This document shows, piece after piece, positions 1 through 9,664 of a stretch of DNA of 64,000 nucleotides; the stretch's first letter is position 1; each line of letters starts with the position of its first letter. The stretch is taken from the NCBI GenBank assembly GCA_964618555.1, contig CAZUBF010000001.1, positions 74,687-138,686 of the forward strand, given 5' to 3'. The translations under genes and the position numbers were made by a program. This stretch comes from an uncultured Azohydromonas sp. (GTDB lineage Bacteria; Pseudomonadota; Gammaproteobacteria; Burkholderiales; Burkholderiaceae_C). The notes below the pieces were generated by a model. It searched no databases. It saw only the letters and a list, made by a program, of their open reading frames with translations, and was not told where the DNA came from.

Positions 1-860
1 CGCGATGCGCCCACGGCCGTGCAGGCCAGCAGCGCGTACTCGGCGAGCTTGCGGTACAGGTAGCGCGGCACCGACGTGCGCCCCTCGGCAGCCTCGAGCC
101 GCACCGTCGACGCGGTGCGCTTGTAGGCTTTCTTCATGACGTAACCCAGCGTCAGGCGCGCGGTGTCGACGTAGTGGTACTGCACCATGTCAGGCACGTA
201 GCGCAGGCGCGCGCCCAGGCGCTGGCCGCGCAGCACCCAGTCCAGGTCTTCGGCGCCGCCGAGGTCGTGGCCGGTGGGGCCCATCGCGGTGTCGAAGGGG
301 CCGATGCGCGCAGCCGTCGCGGTGCGCACGGCCAGGTTGCCGCCGCCCGGGATGGCGCGGTCGGGCGTCAGCTCGAAGGGCTCGTCGCCCTGGTCGAAGC
401 GCGGCACCGGCAGCGGGTAGATGCGGTACGGGCCGGTGTCGTGCACCCAGGCCGGCTCGCGGCCGTCCCAGTCCGGCAGGATGCGGCCGCAGAACAGGTC
501 CGCTTCGGGGTGGTGCTCGGCGGCGCGGCACACGGCCTCGAGGTACCCCACGTCGACGCGGTGATCGTCGTCGACGAAGGCGATCAGGTCGGACCCGACG
601 CGCGGCAGCGCGCTGTTGAGCGCGTTCGACTTGCCGGGCACCGGCTCGGCGAACCATCGCAGCGGCAGCCAGCCTCGCGCGTCCACCTGGGCGCAGTGGC
701 GCTCGAGCACGTCGTGCGTGTCGTCGCGGCAGGCGTTGGCGGCGACCAGCACGTCGATCGCCCAGCCCGCCGGGCGCCGCGCCGAGTTCAGCGTGAGCAG
801 CGTGCGTGCCAGCAACTCGGCACGGTCGTGCGTGCAGATGAGTACCGTGAGTCGGGGCAT
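1..860 (-). CDS. Glycosyltransferase family 2 (3' end runs off the window)
   Basis: Manually translated from ATG 860: MPRLTVLICTHDRAELL...GKSNALNSAL...IAFVDDDH...GGAEDLDW; GT-A DxD motif; no stop before position 1. Confidence 0.9.
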   Translation of the reverse strand, partial: MPRLTVLICTHDRAELLARTLLTLNSARRPAGWAIDVLVAANACRDDTHDVLERHCAQVDARGWLPLRWFAEPVPGKSNALNSALPRVGSDLIAFVDDDHRVDVGYLEAVCRAAEHHPEADLFCGRILPDWDGREPAWVHDTGPYRIYPLPVPRFDQGDEPFELTPDRAIPGGGNLAVRTATAARIGPFDTAMGPTGHDLGGAEDLDWVLRGQRLGARLRYVPDMVQYHYVDTARLTLGYVMKKAYKRTASTVRLEAAEGRTSVPRYLYRKLAEYALLACTAVGAS

Positions 861-862
861 CG

Positions 863-1816
863 CTACGCGTCGGACGAGCCCGGCGGTCGGCGGTGGTAGC
901 CCAGCATCGTGCCCACCATGTGGCCCACGGTCATCTGCTGGCGGAACGCCACGTCGGGGCCGGAGACGACCAGCTGCTTCAGGTACTCCGCGACGTTCGA
1001 CAGCAGCATCGGGTACAGGTAGCGCGGCACGCCGAAGATGGTGTGCGGAAACTCGGTGCCGTCGTAGTAGGCGCGCTGGTAGCCGGCGTTCGAGTGGATA
1101 GTGCGGAAGTACTTCTTCTTCAGCTGGAACGGCTGCACCTGGTGGTAGACGATGGCGTCGGGCTCGTAGCGGATGCACGCCGGCCCGCTGTCGGCCAGGC
1201 GGTGGAAGTAGTCGGTCTCGGCGCCCTTGAACAGCTCGCTGCGCTTGCGGCCGGCGCCCTTGCGCCCCAGCAGGGGGTTGAAATAGCCGATGCGCTCGAC
1301 GACGCGGCGGTGGAAGGCCATGTTGCCGCCGTAGGGGTAGCGGCGCCGGCCGTCCATCGCGAACGGCTCGTCGCCGAAGTCCTGGAAGCCGAGGAAGCCC
1401 TTGGTCTCGTCGTCGCGGATCCACGCCGGCAGCACGATGCCCGGGTCGAGGTGGATGCGCCCGCCGACGGCGTCGGCGTCGTGCGCGACGAAGCAGCGGT
1501 GCAGCGACGCCAGCCAGCGCGGGCTGACCTCGATGTCGTCGTCGACGTATGAGAAGTACGTGCCGGTCGACACCCGGATGCCGGTGTTGCGCGCGTAGTT
1601 CAGGCCCTGCTGCGCCTCGTGCGCGTAGCGGACGGTGATCGGCAGCTCGCGCGCCAGGCGCTCGACCTCGGCGCGCGTGCCGTCGCTGGAGTTGTTGTCG
1701 ACGACCACCACCTCCCAGGCGATCGCCCCGGCGCCTTCCTGGCGCGCCAGCGCGCCCAGGCAGCGCGGCAGGTTGCCGGCGCGGTTGTAGGTGCAGACGA
1801 TGACGCTGAAGTCCAT
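863..1816 (-). CDS. Glycosyltransferase family 2
   Basis: MDFSVIVCTYNRA..VVVVDNNSSD..GLNYARNTG..YVDDD; start trimmed from ORF 863..2323. Confidence 0.92.
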   Translation of the reverse strand: MDFSVIVCTYNRAGNLPRCLGALARQEGAGAIAWEVVVVDNNSSDGTRAEVERLARELPITVRYAHEAQQGLNYARNTGIRVSTGTYFSYVDDDIEVSPRWLASLHRCFVAHDADAVGGRIHLDPGIVLPAWIRDDETKGFLGFQDFGDEPFAMDGRRRYPYGGNMAFHRRVVERIGYFNPLLGRKGAGRKRSELFKGAETDYFHRLADSGPACIRYEPDAIVYHQVQPFQLKKKYFRTIHSNAGYQRAYYDGTEFPHTIFGVPRYLYPMLLSNVAEYLKQLVVSGPDVAFRQQMTVGHMVGTMLGYHRRPPGSSDA

Positions 1817-1844
1817 GGATCGAGCGACGTGGGCGGCGCGACGG

Positions 1845-2624
1845 TCAGCCGCCGGGGCGCAGCCGCGCTGCGAGGCGCCCGGCGTAGTAGGCCAGCGGCT
1901 GCCAGCGCGACGCGGCATGCGTGCCCAGGCGCAGCTTCTGGCGGAACTGCCACAGCCGGTCGGTGCCCGCGATGTCGAGCCGGCGCAGCAGGAAGGGGTC
2001 GTCCCCGGAGCGGTTGAAGCCGGCGCGCGTCGAGCAGGCCGAGCGGTAGCCGGCCTGCACGACCATCTGGCGCACGGCGTCGTTGAACAGGCCATAGGGG
2101 TAGGCGAAGTGCGCGACCTCGTGGCCCAGCAGGTCCTCGAGCTCGCGCCGGCTGTCGACGATCTCGACGCGCGCCGCGTCCGGCGCGATCTCGGGCAGGC
2201 GGGCGTGGCTGCCGGTGTGGCTGCCGATGACCATGCCCTCGTCGGCCAGCAGCCGCAGCTGCGCTGGCGACAGCAGCGCCCGGCGCGGAAAGCCGCGCGC
2301 ATGCATCCAGTCGTTGGTGGCACCGGTGCGCTGCGCCAGCGCGAACAGCGTGGCCGGCAGGTTCAGCGCCTGCAGCGTCGGCAGGGCGTGGTCGAGCACG
2401 CCGACGAAGCCGTCGTCGAAGGTGACGTGCACGGCACGCCCCGCCAGTGGCGCGGCGCCAGTCACGTGCCCCAGCACGGCGTCGAGCGTGACGCCGCGGT
2501 AGCCGGCGCCGACCAGCCAGCGCATCTGCGCGGAGAAGTCGGCCGGGGGCGTGCAGAAGCGCTGCTCCTGGGTCGAGCCCGGCACGTCGACCTGGTGGTA
2601 CATGAGGACGAGCACCTGGTTCAT
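1845..2624 (-). CDS. Polysaccharide deacetylase (NodB/CE4 family)
   Basis: VLMYHQV, VTFDDGF, GSHTGSH and FAYPYG motifs. Confidence 0.92.
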   Translation of the reverse strand: MNQVLVLMYHQVDVPGSTQEQRFCTPPADFSAQMRWLVGAGYRGVTLDAVLGHVTGAAPLAGRAVHVTFDDGFVGVLDHALPTLQALNLPATLFALAQRTGATNDWMHARGFPRRALLSPAQLRLLADEGMVIGSHTGSHARLPEIAPDAARVEIVDSRRELEDLLGHEVAHFAYPYGLFNDAVRQMVVQAGYRSACSTRAGFNRSGDDPFLLRRLDIAGTDRLWQFRQKLRLGTHAASRWQPLAYYAGRLAARLRPGG

Positions 2625-3925
2625 GCGACGAGGTGCGAGACGTCGACGACGTACATCTGGCGGCTGCCGTCGTGCACCGAGTCGATGCAGATGCGCCGGC
2701 CGTCGCGGCTCCAGCGCGGGTGCAGGTCGCAGCGGATCTCGCCCCACCAGCGCGACTTGGGCGACAGCAGCCGAGCGATGTCGACGCGTCGCGCGTCGCC
2801 GGCGCGCACCAGCATCAGCGTTCGCTTGCCGTGCGCATCGGGGTAGGTGTCGTTGAGCACCCAGCGACCGTCGGGCGAGAAGGTGCAGTGGCCGTCCTCG
2901 CGCAGCTGGGCCTCGCCGAAGACGGTGAACGGCGCTAGCCGCGCTGCGTCGGCGCCTGCCGAATGCGACACCCGCAGGAAGCGCGCGGGCGCGCCGGGAC
3001 GGTTGGCCCACACGAGGATCGTGTCGTCGTCGCGCCAGTCGTAGTGAGAGATGAACCCCGTATCGAGCAGGCAGGTCAGGTCGCTGCCGTCGGGGCGGCA
3101 GGTGTACAGCCGCACCTCCCAGCTCCTGGCGTCGCGGTGCCAGATGTGGAAGAAGGCGATGCGCCGGCCTCCGCGCGACGGCTGGAGGTGGTTGACGTAG
3201 TGCCACGCGCCTTCCATCGTCGGCTTGGGGTCGCGCGCCGCGAGTTCGGCCAGCGGCACGACCAGCTCGCTGCGGCCGCTGACGAGGTCGACGCGCCAGA
3301 CGCCGTCCTGCGCTGGGCACGGGTCGTCGGCGAAGGGGTCGTCGACGCCGGCGTAGCCGTAGCCGGGCCGGTGCACCGCCAGGCGCGCGAAGTTGGCGCT
3401 GAACGCGGTGCGGCCGTCGGGCAGCAGCGCGTACAGCGGGCGATCGACGATGCCGACCTCGCCGCGCTCGACGTCGTGCAGCACGCCGACGAAGCGGCCG
3501 TCGCGGCGGTCGTTGTAGCTGAAGCGGCGCGCAGGGTCGGCCGGGTGCCAGGTCGCCATCGCACCCTGCTGCCAGTTCCAGGCGTGCGTGGTGGCCAGGC
3601 GCTCGAAGCGCCGGCTGCCGTCTTGCGCGACGACGCCGATCCCGACGCTGTCGCCGGGGGCAGGCGCGCGGTCGTTGAACGACGCCTCGTGCGCGAGCAG
3701 CAAGCGGCCCTCGGCATTCCACGGCGTCTTGTCGTAGTAGCCGAAGAAGTGGTGCGCCGGGCCGGTGGTGGCGGGCTCGACCGCCGCCGCCGCGCGGCCG
3801 AAGTGCAGCCAGCGGTACAGCGCCGGATGCCGTGCGTAGCAGCGCTGCTCGACCCACTGCTCGAGCGCGTGCCGCACGCGCCAGGGCACGGCGGGGGTGG
3901 CGACGACACTGGCGTACAGGCTCAT
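2621..3925 (-). CDS. Conserved EPS-locus beta-propeller protein (TolB/oligogalacturonate-lyase-like)
   Basis: HHFFGYYDKTPWN, WNWQQG, repeated S/LPDG turns, CDLHPRWSRDG; ATGA overlaps with both neighbours. Confidence 0.65.
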   Translation of the reverse strand: MSLYASVVATPAVPWRVRHALEQWVEQRCYARHPALYRWLHFGRAAAAVEPATTGPAHHFFGYYDKTPWNAEGRLLLAHEASFNDRAPAPGDSVGIGVVAQDGSRRFERLATTHAWNWQQGAMATWHPADPARRFSYNDRRDGRFVGVLHDVERGEVGIVDRPLYALLPDGRTAFSANFARLAVHRPGYGYAGVDDPFADDPCPAQDGVWRVDLVSGRSELVVPLAELAARDPKPTMEGAWHYVNHLQPSRGGRRIAFFHIWHRDARSWEVRLYTCRPDGSDLTCLLDTGFISHYDWRDDDTILVWANRPGAPARFLRVSHSAGADAARLAPFTVFGEAQLREDGHCTFSPDGRWVLNDTYPDAHGKRTLMLVRAGDARRVDIARLLSPKSRWWGEIRCDLHPRWSRDGRRICIDSVHDGSRQMYVVDVSHLVA

Positions 3926-4905
3926 GGTGCCGGGCTGCGGTCGCGCCGGCTCACCAGCCGCCGGAACAGCGCGGGCGGCAGCAGCGACGGCAGCAGGTAG
4001 ACCAGGTCCTTCGCGCGCCAGCCACCCTTGACGAGAGACATGCGGAAGATGCGCTGCGCCGAGTCGAGGTCGCGGCGCCAGAAGTTGTCGTAGCCGCGGC
4101 GCAGCAGGCTGCCGTCGATGAGGTCGCGCAGCTCGGCGGCCGACAGGTGGCGCACCAGCTGCGGGTGCTGGCGCACGAACTTGCGCTTGACGATCCAGGA
4201 ATTGCGCGCCTGCCGCCACTGCGTCGACGTGATCTGCCCGCCCTGGTGGTGGCGGTAGAACGCCAGCACCTCGGGCACGAGGCGGATGCGACGTCCCACG
4301 CCGATGCGCAGCCACAGGTCGTAGTCCATGCACGTGGGCAGGTCGAGGTCGAAGCCGCCGACCTCCTGCATGACCGATCGGCGCACCAGCGCCGCATGGA
4401 TCGGCCACGGCGCGGCGGCGCGCAGGAAGCGTGCCGCCTTGTCCTCGAGCTCGTAGTCGGGCGGCACGTAGGGCGCGCCGCGGCCACCCGGCAGGCCGAC
4501 GTTCTGCCAGCCGCAGTAGGCCAGCGCGGCGCCGCGGTCGTCCGCCAGCGCAGCGTGCAGCTTATGCAGGCAGTCGGGCGCCCACCAGTCGTCGGCGTCT
4601 AGGAAGGCGACGAACTCGCCGCGTGCCTGCGCCAGCCCGCGGTTGCGCGCTGCGTACGGGCCGGCGTTGGCCTGCGACACGGCGACGATGCGGTTGCCGA
4701 ACTCGCGCTGCAGCGCCGCGACGATCTGCGGCGAGCGGTCGGTGGAACCGTCGTCGACGACGATCAGCTCGACGCCGGGCAGCGTCTGCCCCATCACGCT
4801 GCGCACGGCCTCGTCGAGGTAGCGCTCGGCGTTGAAGCAGGGCATGACGACCGAGGCCGTGACGGGCGTCGCGGCCGGGCGCGGGTCGATCGGCGTGTCG
4901 GGCAT
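3922..4905 (-). CDS. Glycosyltransferase family 2
   Basis: SVVMPCFNAE, VVDDGSTD, ARNRGL, FLDADD. Confidence 0.93.
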   Translation of the reverse strand: MPDTPIDPRPAATPVTASVVMPCFNAERYLDEAVRSVMGQTLPGVELIVVDDGSTDRSPQIVAALQREFGNRIVAVSQANAGPYAARNRGLAQARGEFVAFLDADDWWAPDCLHKLHAALADDRGAALAYCGWQNVGLPGGRGAPYVPPDYELEDKAARFLRAAAPWPIHAALVRRSVMQEVGGFDLDLPTCMDYDLWLRIGVGRRIRLVPEVLAFYRHHQGGQITSTQWRQARNSWIVKRKFVRQHPQLVRHLSAAELRDLIDGSLLRRGYDNFWRRDLDSAQRIFRMSLVKGGWRAKDLVYLLPSLLPPALFRRLVSRRDRSPAP

Positions 4906-4919
4906 GACGGCTCGCGGGT

Positions 4920-6686
4920 TCAGGGACTCGAGAGGTAGATGTTGAGCTGCATGATGCGCAGCAGGCTGCGCAGCGTGCCCACCTTGTCGACGCGTTCACG
5001 CGCAAGGCGCCAGCCGCCGGGCACGCGCGACAACCAGTCGTCGCGGTAGGGCGGCAGCTTGGCCCCCGAAAGATAGCAGCGGGCAAGCGCGGCCAGCCGC
5101 GTGCGATCGAACATCGACGCCAGCGGTTCGCACAGGCGGTCGGTGAGGTGCCCGAGGATGAAGTCCTTGATCTGGGGACGCTCGGCGATCAGTCGCAGGA
5201 ACACGGCTTCGTCCCATGGCACGCTGGTCTTCCTCGAATACGGCAGCGCGGCCAGGTCGGGGAAGCGGTCGGCCAGCAGGTCGCGCGCCAGGCGCTTGTC
5301 GAGCCTGAGCGCGTGCGGCACGCGGGTGAAGAAGTCGACCACGTCCTCGTCGAGCAAGGGTCGGGCCTGCTCGCACACCGCCAGGCGCCGTGCCGAGAAC
5401 CCGTTGAGCAGGTTGGCCACGCGTTCGCGGTAGTAGAGCTCGTCCTTCATGCCGACCGGATGCGTGCTTTGCAGCGCCGCGGTCGTCGCCGCCAGGGTTC
5501 GCGCGATGCCGTCGCGGATCGCGGTCAGGCGCGCGGGCTGCAGCACGTCGCACACCCGCGGCGAGACGTCGATGTTCCACCAGCCGACGATGTCGAGTGC
5601 TCCGGCGAGGTCGGCAGGCTCGCCCTTCCAGCCGAAGCTTTCGTCGCCGATGAACATCGCGCGATGGCGCTGCCCGATGTGCGTCCAGCGGTTCGACGGC
5701 GCGTCGCAGATCTGCACGCGGCCGTCCGCTGCCAGCGTTTCGGTCACGGCATCGGTGGCGAAACCGTCGATCGGGATCACGAATGGCTGGTGCGCCAGCC
5801 CGGCATGGTCGGCCAGCTGCTGCGCGATGAGGTGGTCCTCGCCCGTCGACGGCTCGACCCGGTAGGCGTAGCTCGGCAGCTGTCGGCCACAGCGCAGCAG
5901 GTAGGCGAGCATCAGCCGCGAGTCGACGCCGCCGCTGAGCAGCAACGCAGGTTCGGGCAGCACGGCCAGCAGTCGCCTTGTGGCCTGCTCGAGCAACGCA
6001 TCGAGCTCGGCGAGCAGTTCGGGCCGGCTCGCATCGCTGGAAGCGTCGAACCTGGGAACCCAGTAACGGTGTTCGCGGGTGCCGCCGGGTCCGATGTGCA
6101 GCACGACGGCCTGACCCAGCGAGCGTACGTCTGCGAACAGGGTCGCACTCGCGTAGCAGCAGCCACGGACGAGAAACTCGCCGACGGCCAGCGGATCGAT
6201 CGCCGCCGTGGCCGCGCGCATGCGTGCCAGCGGCTTGGCTTCGGGCGCCAGGTGCAGCCCGGTGGCCAGTGCGCCGATCATGAACAACGGACGAGAGCCC
6301 TGGCGGTCGGTGAACACCAGCGCCTCGTCGCTTCGGCGGTCGACCACGACGCCGGCGAAGGAGCCGCGCAGCCTGGCGAAAGCGGCCGGTCCTTCGTCGA
6401 GGTAGAGGCGGGCTATGTCGCCTGCAGCGTCGTCGGGAGGGCCGCCGCCCGCCCGAGTCAATGCGGAGACGTAGCCGCTGAGCAGGACGGTGACGTCCAC
6501 GTCGTCGTGGCGCTGGACGAACGAACCGTCGGGGCGGGCAAGCAGTCCGCAGTGCAACCATTCGCCGAGCGATGCGCGCTGCACGCACTGCGCTCCCCGG
6601 TAGCCCGTGGCGAGCAGGTGGTCCAGTCCGGCGGCGGGGGTGCCACCTTCGGGGTGACGGGCGAACAGGACGACGCCGGGAATCAT
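4920..6686 (-). CDS. Asparagine-synthase-related amide ligase with a degenerate glutaminase domain
   Basis: LRGSFAG, DRQGSRPLF, LLLSGGVDSR PP-loop, RPLLDEDVV; no N-terminal Cys. Confidence 0.8.
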   Translation of the reverse strand: MIPGVVLFARHPEGGTPAAGLDHLLATGYRGAQCVQRASLGEWLHCGLLARPDGSFVQRHDDVDVTVLLSGYVSALTRAGGGPPDDAAGDIARLYLDEGPAAFARLRGSFAGVVVDRRSDEALVFTDRQGSRPLFMIGALATGLHLAPEAKPLARMRAATAAIDPLAVGEFLVRGCCYASATLFADVRSLGQAVVLHIGPGGTREHRYWVPRFDASSDASRPELLAELDALLEQATRRLLAVLPEPALLLSGGVDSRLMLAYLLRCGRQLPSYAYRVEPSTGEDHLIAQQLADHAGLAHQPFVIPIDGFATDAVTETLAADGRVQICDAPSNRWTHIGQRHRAMFIGDESFGWKGEPADLAGALDIVGWWNIDVSPRVCDVLQPARLTAIRDGIARTLAATTAALQSTHPVGMKDELYYRERVANLLNGFSARRLAVCEQARPLLDEDVVDFFTRVPHALRLDKRLARDLLADRFPDLAALPYSRKTSVPWDEAVFLRLIAERPQIKDFILGHLTDRLCEPLASMFDRTRLAALARCYLSGAKLPPYRDDWLSRVPGGWRLARERVDKVGTLRSLLRIMQLNIYLSSP

Positions 6687-6714
6687 CGTGATGGCGGGTT
6701 GTTCGTCGGCACGC

Positions 6715-7758
6715 TCAGGCGGGCGCGCCGAGCCGCCGGCAGATGGCGGCGGCGAGGACCGGGTAGTCCAGACGGGTCTGGCGCGCGGACAGGATGTGGG
6801 TGCGCATGCGTCGGACCTCGGCGGGGTCCATCGCGAGCGCACGGCGCACTGCGGCGGCCCAGTCGTCGTTGCGCACGAGCAGGCAGTTCTCCCCGTCGCG
6901 CAACCCGAGTTCGTAGATGGGCGCCTCGCGCGCGTTCAGGATCGGGATGCTTCCGCGCAGCATGGCCTCGACCGGTCGGTGCGTGATCAGCGAGTGCCCG
7001 GGCGGCGCCAGCGTGAAGTCCGAGTCCGACAGGATGTCGACGAACTCCGACTCGGGCAGGGCCCCCGGTTGATCGTCGGAGTACACCTTCCAGAGCACGC
7101 GCCGGTCGTCGCGTTCACCGGCGCTTTGCCAGCCGCGGTCGGCGCGCTCGAGCGCCTCGCCGCGGCGCGCCGGGTCGCGGCTGCCGACGAAGTTCAGCCG
7201 CAGCCGGCGCGGTTCGTCGACCGACCAATCAGTGGCGTGGATCTTTCGGAAGAGGGCGTCGGACTGCAGGAACTTCGAGTGCACGTCGAACCCGACATGC
7301 ACCCGGCGCACCCGCGCCAGCGCGAACAGGTCGAGAGGGTGGCAGCCGTCCTTGTAGGCGACCACGTTGAGCTTGCGCGAGAAGGGCCGCACGACCTGCT
7401 GCTCGACGCGTTGCAGCCGCACGGCGTCTCGCCACGGGCGCACCCGGTCGCCGAACGAGATCAGGGTCACGTGGTCGGAACGATCGGCCAGTCGCGACGC
7501 CAGCGCGGTGTGCTCGCCGATCCGCGGGAAACTCTGAATGACCAGCATCCCGTAGTGCTCTGGCGACTCGTGGTCGGGAGCGAACAACAAGGTGACGCCT
7601 GGGATGTCGCGGATGCGCGCCGAGATGCCCCACTTGGCCGCCAGATGGCGCTCGCGGTCGGTGATCAGGATGTCGACCGTGTGGCCGGCGGTCGACAAGG
7701 CGCGCGCGACCGTGTAGGTCAATGAGTCGCCCCACCAGGTGAGGAGACAGATCTTCAT
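6715..7758 (-). CDS. Exostosin/GT47-like glycosyltransferase
   Basis: C-terminal EFVDILSDSDFTLAPPG...HRPVEAMLRGSIPI resembles the exostosin S-x-F-x-L-x-P-x-G...R-x-x-EA-x-x-x-G-C-IP motif. Confidence 0.6.
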   Translation of the reverse strand: MKICLLTWWGDSLTYTVARALSTAGHTVDILITDRERHLAAKWGISARIRDIPGVTLLFAPDHESPEHYGMLVIQSFPRIGEHTALASRLADRSDHVTLISFGDRVRPWRDAVRLQRVEQQVVRPFSRKLNVVAYKDGCHPLDLFALARVRRVHVGFDVHSKFLQSDALFRKIHATDWSVDEPRRLRLNFVGSRDPARRGEALERADRGWQSAGERDDRRVLWKVYSDDQPGALPESEFVDILSDSDFTLAPPGHSLITHRPVEAMLRGSIPILNAREAPIYELGLRDGENCLLVRNDDWAAAVRRALAMDPAEVRRMRTHILSARQTRLDYPVLAAAICRRLGAPA

Positions 7759-7807
7759 GCGCGGCGTCGTCGGCAAGGCGGCACGGGCGGGGTGTCCTCG
7801 AGCGTGG

Positions 7808-8785
7808 TCAGGTTGCGTCGACCTGCTCGGCCATCGCCTGCAGCCGCCCGCCCAGGCCGCGCAGCAGCCCCGACGTGCCGCGCCGCAGGCGCCAGAAGCG
7901 CTGCGCAGGCTTCGGGGCGGGGATGTGCCCCGCCTCCTCGGCGGCGGCGCGCTCGGCGCGGGCCTCGTCGACCAGCCGATCGATGCGATGCTCGTAGCCG
8001 AAGCGCTCGGCCAGCGGCGCCACCTGCTGCTCGAACTCCGACACCTCCTGCGGCGTCCACTGGTCGATGTTGCGCTTGCGCCAGAACGCGTGCGGCTTGC
8101 TCTCGCTGAGCGCGTCGAACTCGGCCTGCGTGACGCGCGGCTCGTAGCCGAGGAATCGCGCCAGCTCCAGGTAGCGCGCATGGTCCAGGTCTTCGATGCG
8201 CACGACGCGGTGGCTGTCGGCGGGCAGAGCGTCGAGCTGTTCGAGCGTGCGTTCGTTCCAGGCCTGCCAGTACCAGGCGACGCGGCCGACCTGCGACATC
8301 GCGTTCCACTGCCGCAGGAATGCACCGCGCGGGGCGATGCGCGCGAAGAAGGCATGCACCTTCTCGGCGCCGATGCGCTGGTAGCCGGTGGCCAGCGACT
8401 CGTCGGCCACGCGGTAGGGCTGCTTGTAGAAGCCCTTGTGCACGAACGAGGTGACGACGCGGTCCGGGCGCCGCAGCAGCAGCACGAAGCGCGCGCCGAA
8501 GCGCGCGTGCAGTTCGCGCACGGAGATCGACAGGTACGGGCTGGCCTCGAACGAGTAGGCGCGGTGGCCGAGGTCCTCGCGGATCTCGTCTTCCTTGGTG
8601 GCAAGGAAGCCCTCGTGGTCCACCGGCAGCCCGTGCCACTGGCAGTAGCGGTGGAAGCTCTCGTTGTCGGGGTTGCGCTCGTGCGAACTGGCGACGTCGG
8701 GCTCGCGCTCGAGCAACTGGTACATGAACAGCGTGCCGCAGCGCCCGGTGCCGATGCAGAAACCGACTCGTCCGGTGGTGTTCAT
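7808..8785 (-). CDS. PAPS-dependent sulfotransferase family protein
   Basis: 5'-PSB loop IGTGRCGT; 3'-PB motif FVLLLRRPDRVVTS; RIEDL. Confidence 0.8.
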   Translation of the reverse strand: MNTTGRVGFCIGTGRCGTLFMYQLLEREPDVASSHERNPDNESFHRYCQWHGLPVDHEGFLATKEDEIREDLGHRAYSFEASPYLSISVRELHARFGARFVLLLRRPDRVVTSFVHKGFYKQPYRVADESLATGYQRIGAEKVHAFFARIAPRGAFLRQWNAMSQVGRVAWYWQAWNERTLEQLDALPADSHRVVRIEDLDHARYLELARFLGYEPRVTQAEFDALSESKPHAFWRKRNIDQWTPQEVSEFEQQVAPLAERFGYEHRIDRLVDEARAERAAAEEAGHIPAPKPAQRFWRLRRGTSGLLRGLGGRLQAMAEQVDAT

Positions 8786-8956
8786 GGGGTCCGTGGGGCG
8801 CGATCCGAGATGCGGGGAGAGGATGACGGCACGGGGGCACCCGCGCTGCGGCGACGATCATAGGCGCGTCGTGCGCCCGTGGCCGCCCGGCGTGGCACGG
8901 GGAGCGTGAACGATTCGCGACGCACGCGGGGTTGCAGGGGGCCCGGCACGCGACGG

Positions 8957-9625
8957 CTAGCCGTCGCTGGCGCGTTGCCTCACCACGAAGATGTGCCGCT
9001 GCTTCTCGCGGCCCTGGGTTTCGGCGTTCGGGCCGAGGTAGCGCACGTCGTAGGACGGGTCGATGTCGAGCAGCCAGCGCGTGGCGTACGCGGTGACGCT
9101 GGCCGCGTCGTTGTCGACGAACTGCGGTTCGACGTAGCCGTACTTCTCCCGGATCGACGAGAACTCGATGACGAAGTAGCGCCGGGCGCGCTCGATCAGG
9201 CTGCGCACCATGCGCTTGGCCGCGTCGTCGCCGTGCTCCTTCACCCACCAGTGGTGCACCGACAGCACCAGCACGAGGTCGAAGGTCGGCAGCGTGGCGA
9301 CGTTGTCCGGCCCCAGCTTCATGGTGCCGAAGGCGGGCGTGTTGTCGTCGTGCAGGCGACGCAGCAGGTTGCGCGCGAAAAACGGCGAGATGTCGATGCC
9401 GACGGCGAACTTGCCGCGCTCGGTGAAGTGGCTCGTGATCAGACCCTCGTTGCAGCCGACGTCGAGCACGCTGCCGACCTGGGCCAGGTCGATGCCGGAG
9501 AGGATGGTGCGGACCTTCTCGTCCGGGAAGCGCTGGCGCTGGTAATCGTCGCCGGTGACGGGCAGCAGTCGGTCAAGCAGCGCCGCCTTGATCCGCGCGG
9601 GGGTGGACTTGGTGCGTTCGGTCAT
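8957..9625 (-). CDS. Class I SAM-dependent methyltransferase
   Basis: VLDVGCNEG, VGIDIS, FDLVLVLSVHHW. Confidence 0.88.
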   Translation of the reverse strand: MTERTKSTPARIKAALLDRLLPVTGDDYQRQRFPDEKVRTILSGIDLAQVGSVLDVGCNEGLITSHFTERGKFAVGIDISPFFARNLLRRLHDDNTPAFGTMKLGPDNVATLPTFDLVLVLSVHHWWVKEHGDDAAKRMVRSLIERARRYFVIEFSSIREKYGYVEPQFVDNDAASVTAYATRWLLDIDPSYDVRYLGPNAETQGREKQRHIFVVRQRASDG

Positions 9626-9664
9626 CGCGCTCGGGGCTCCGTGGGCGGTTGGGTGGGGTGCGGA

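Noticed and set aside
4920-6686. Lasso peptide cyclase / RiPP cluster
   Set aside because: No precursor peptide, B1/B2 protease or PqqD-like gene nearby; context is entirely glycan biosynthesis
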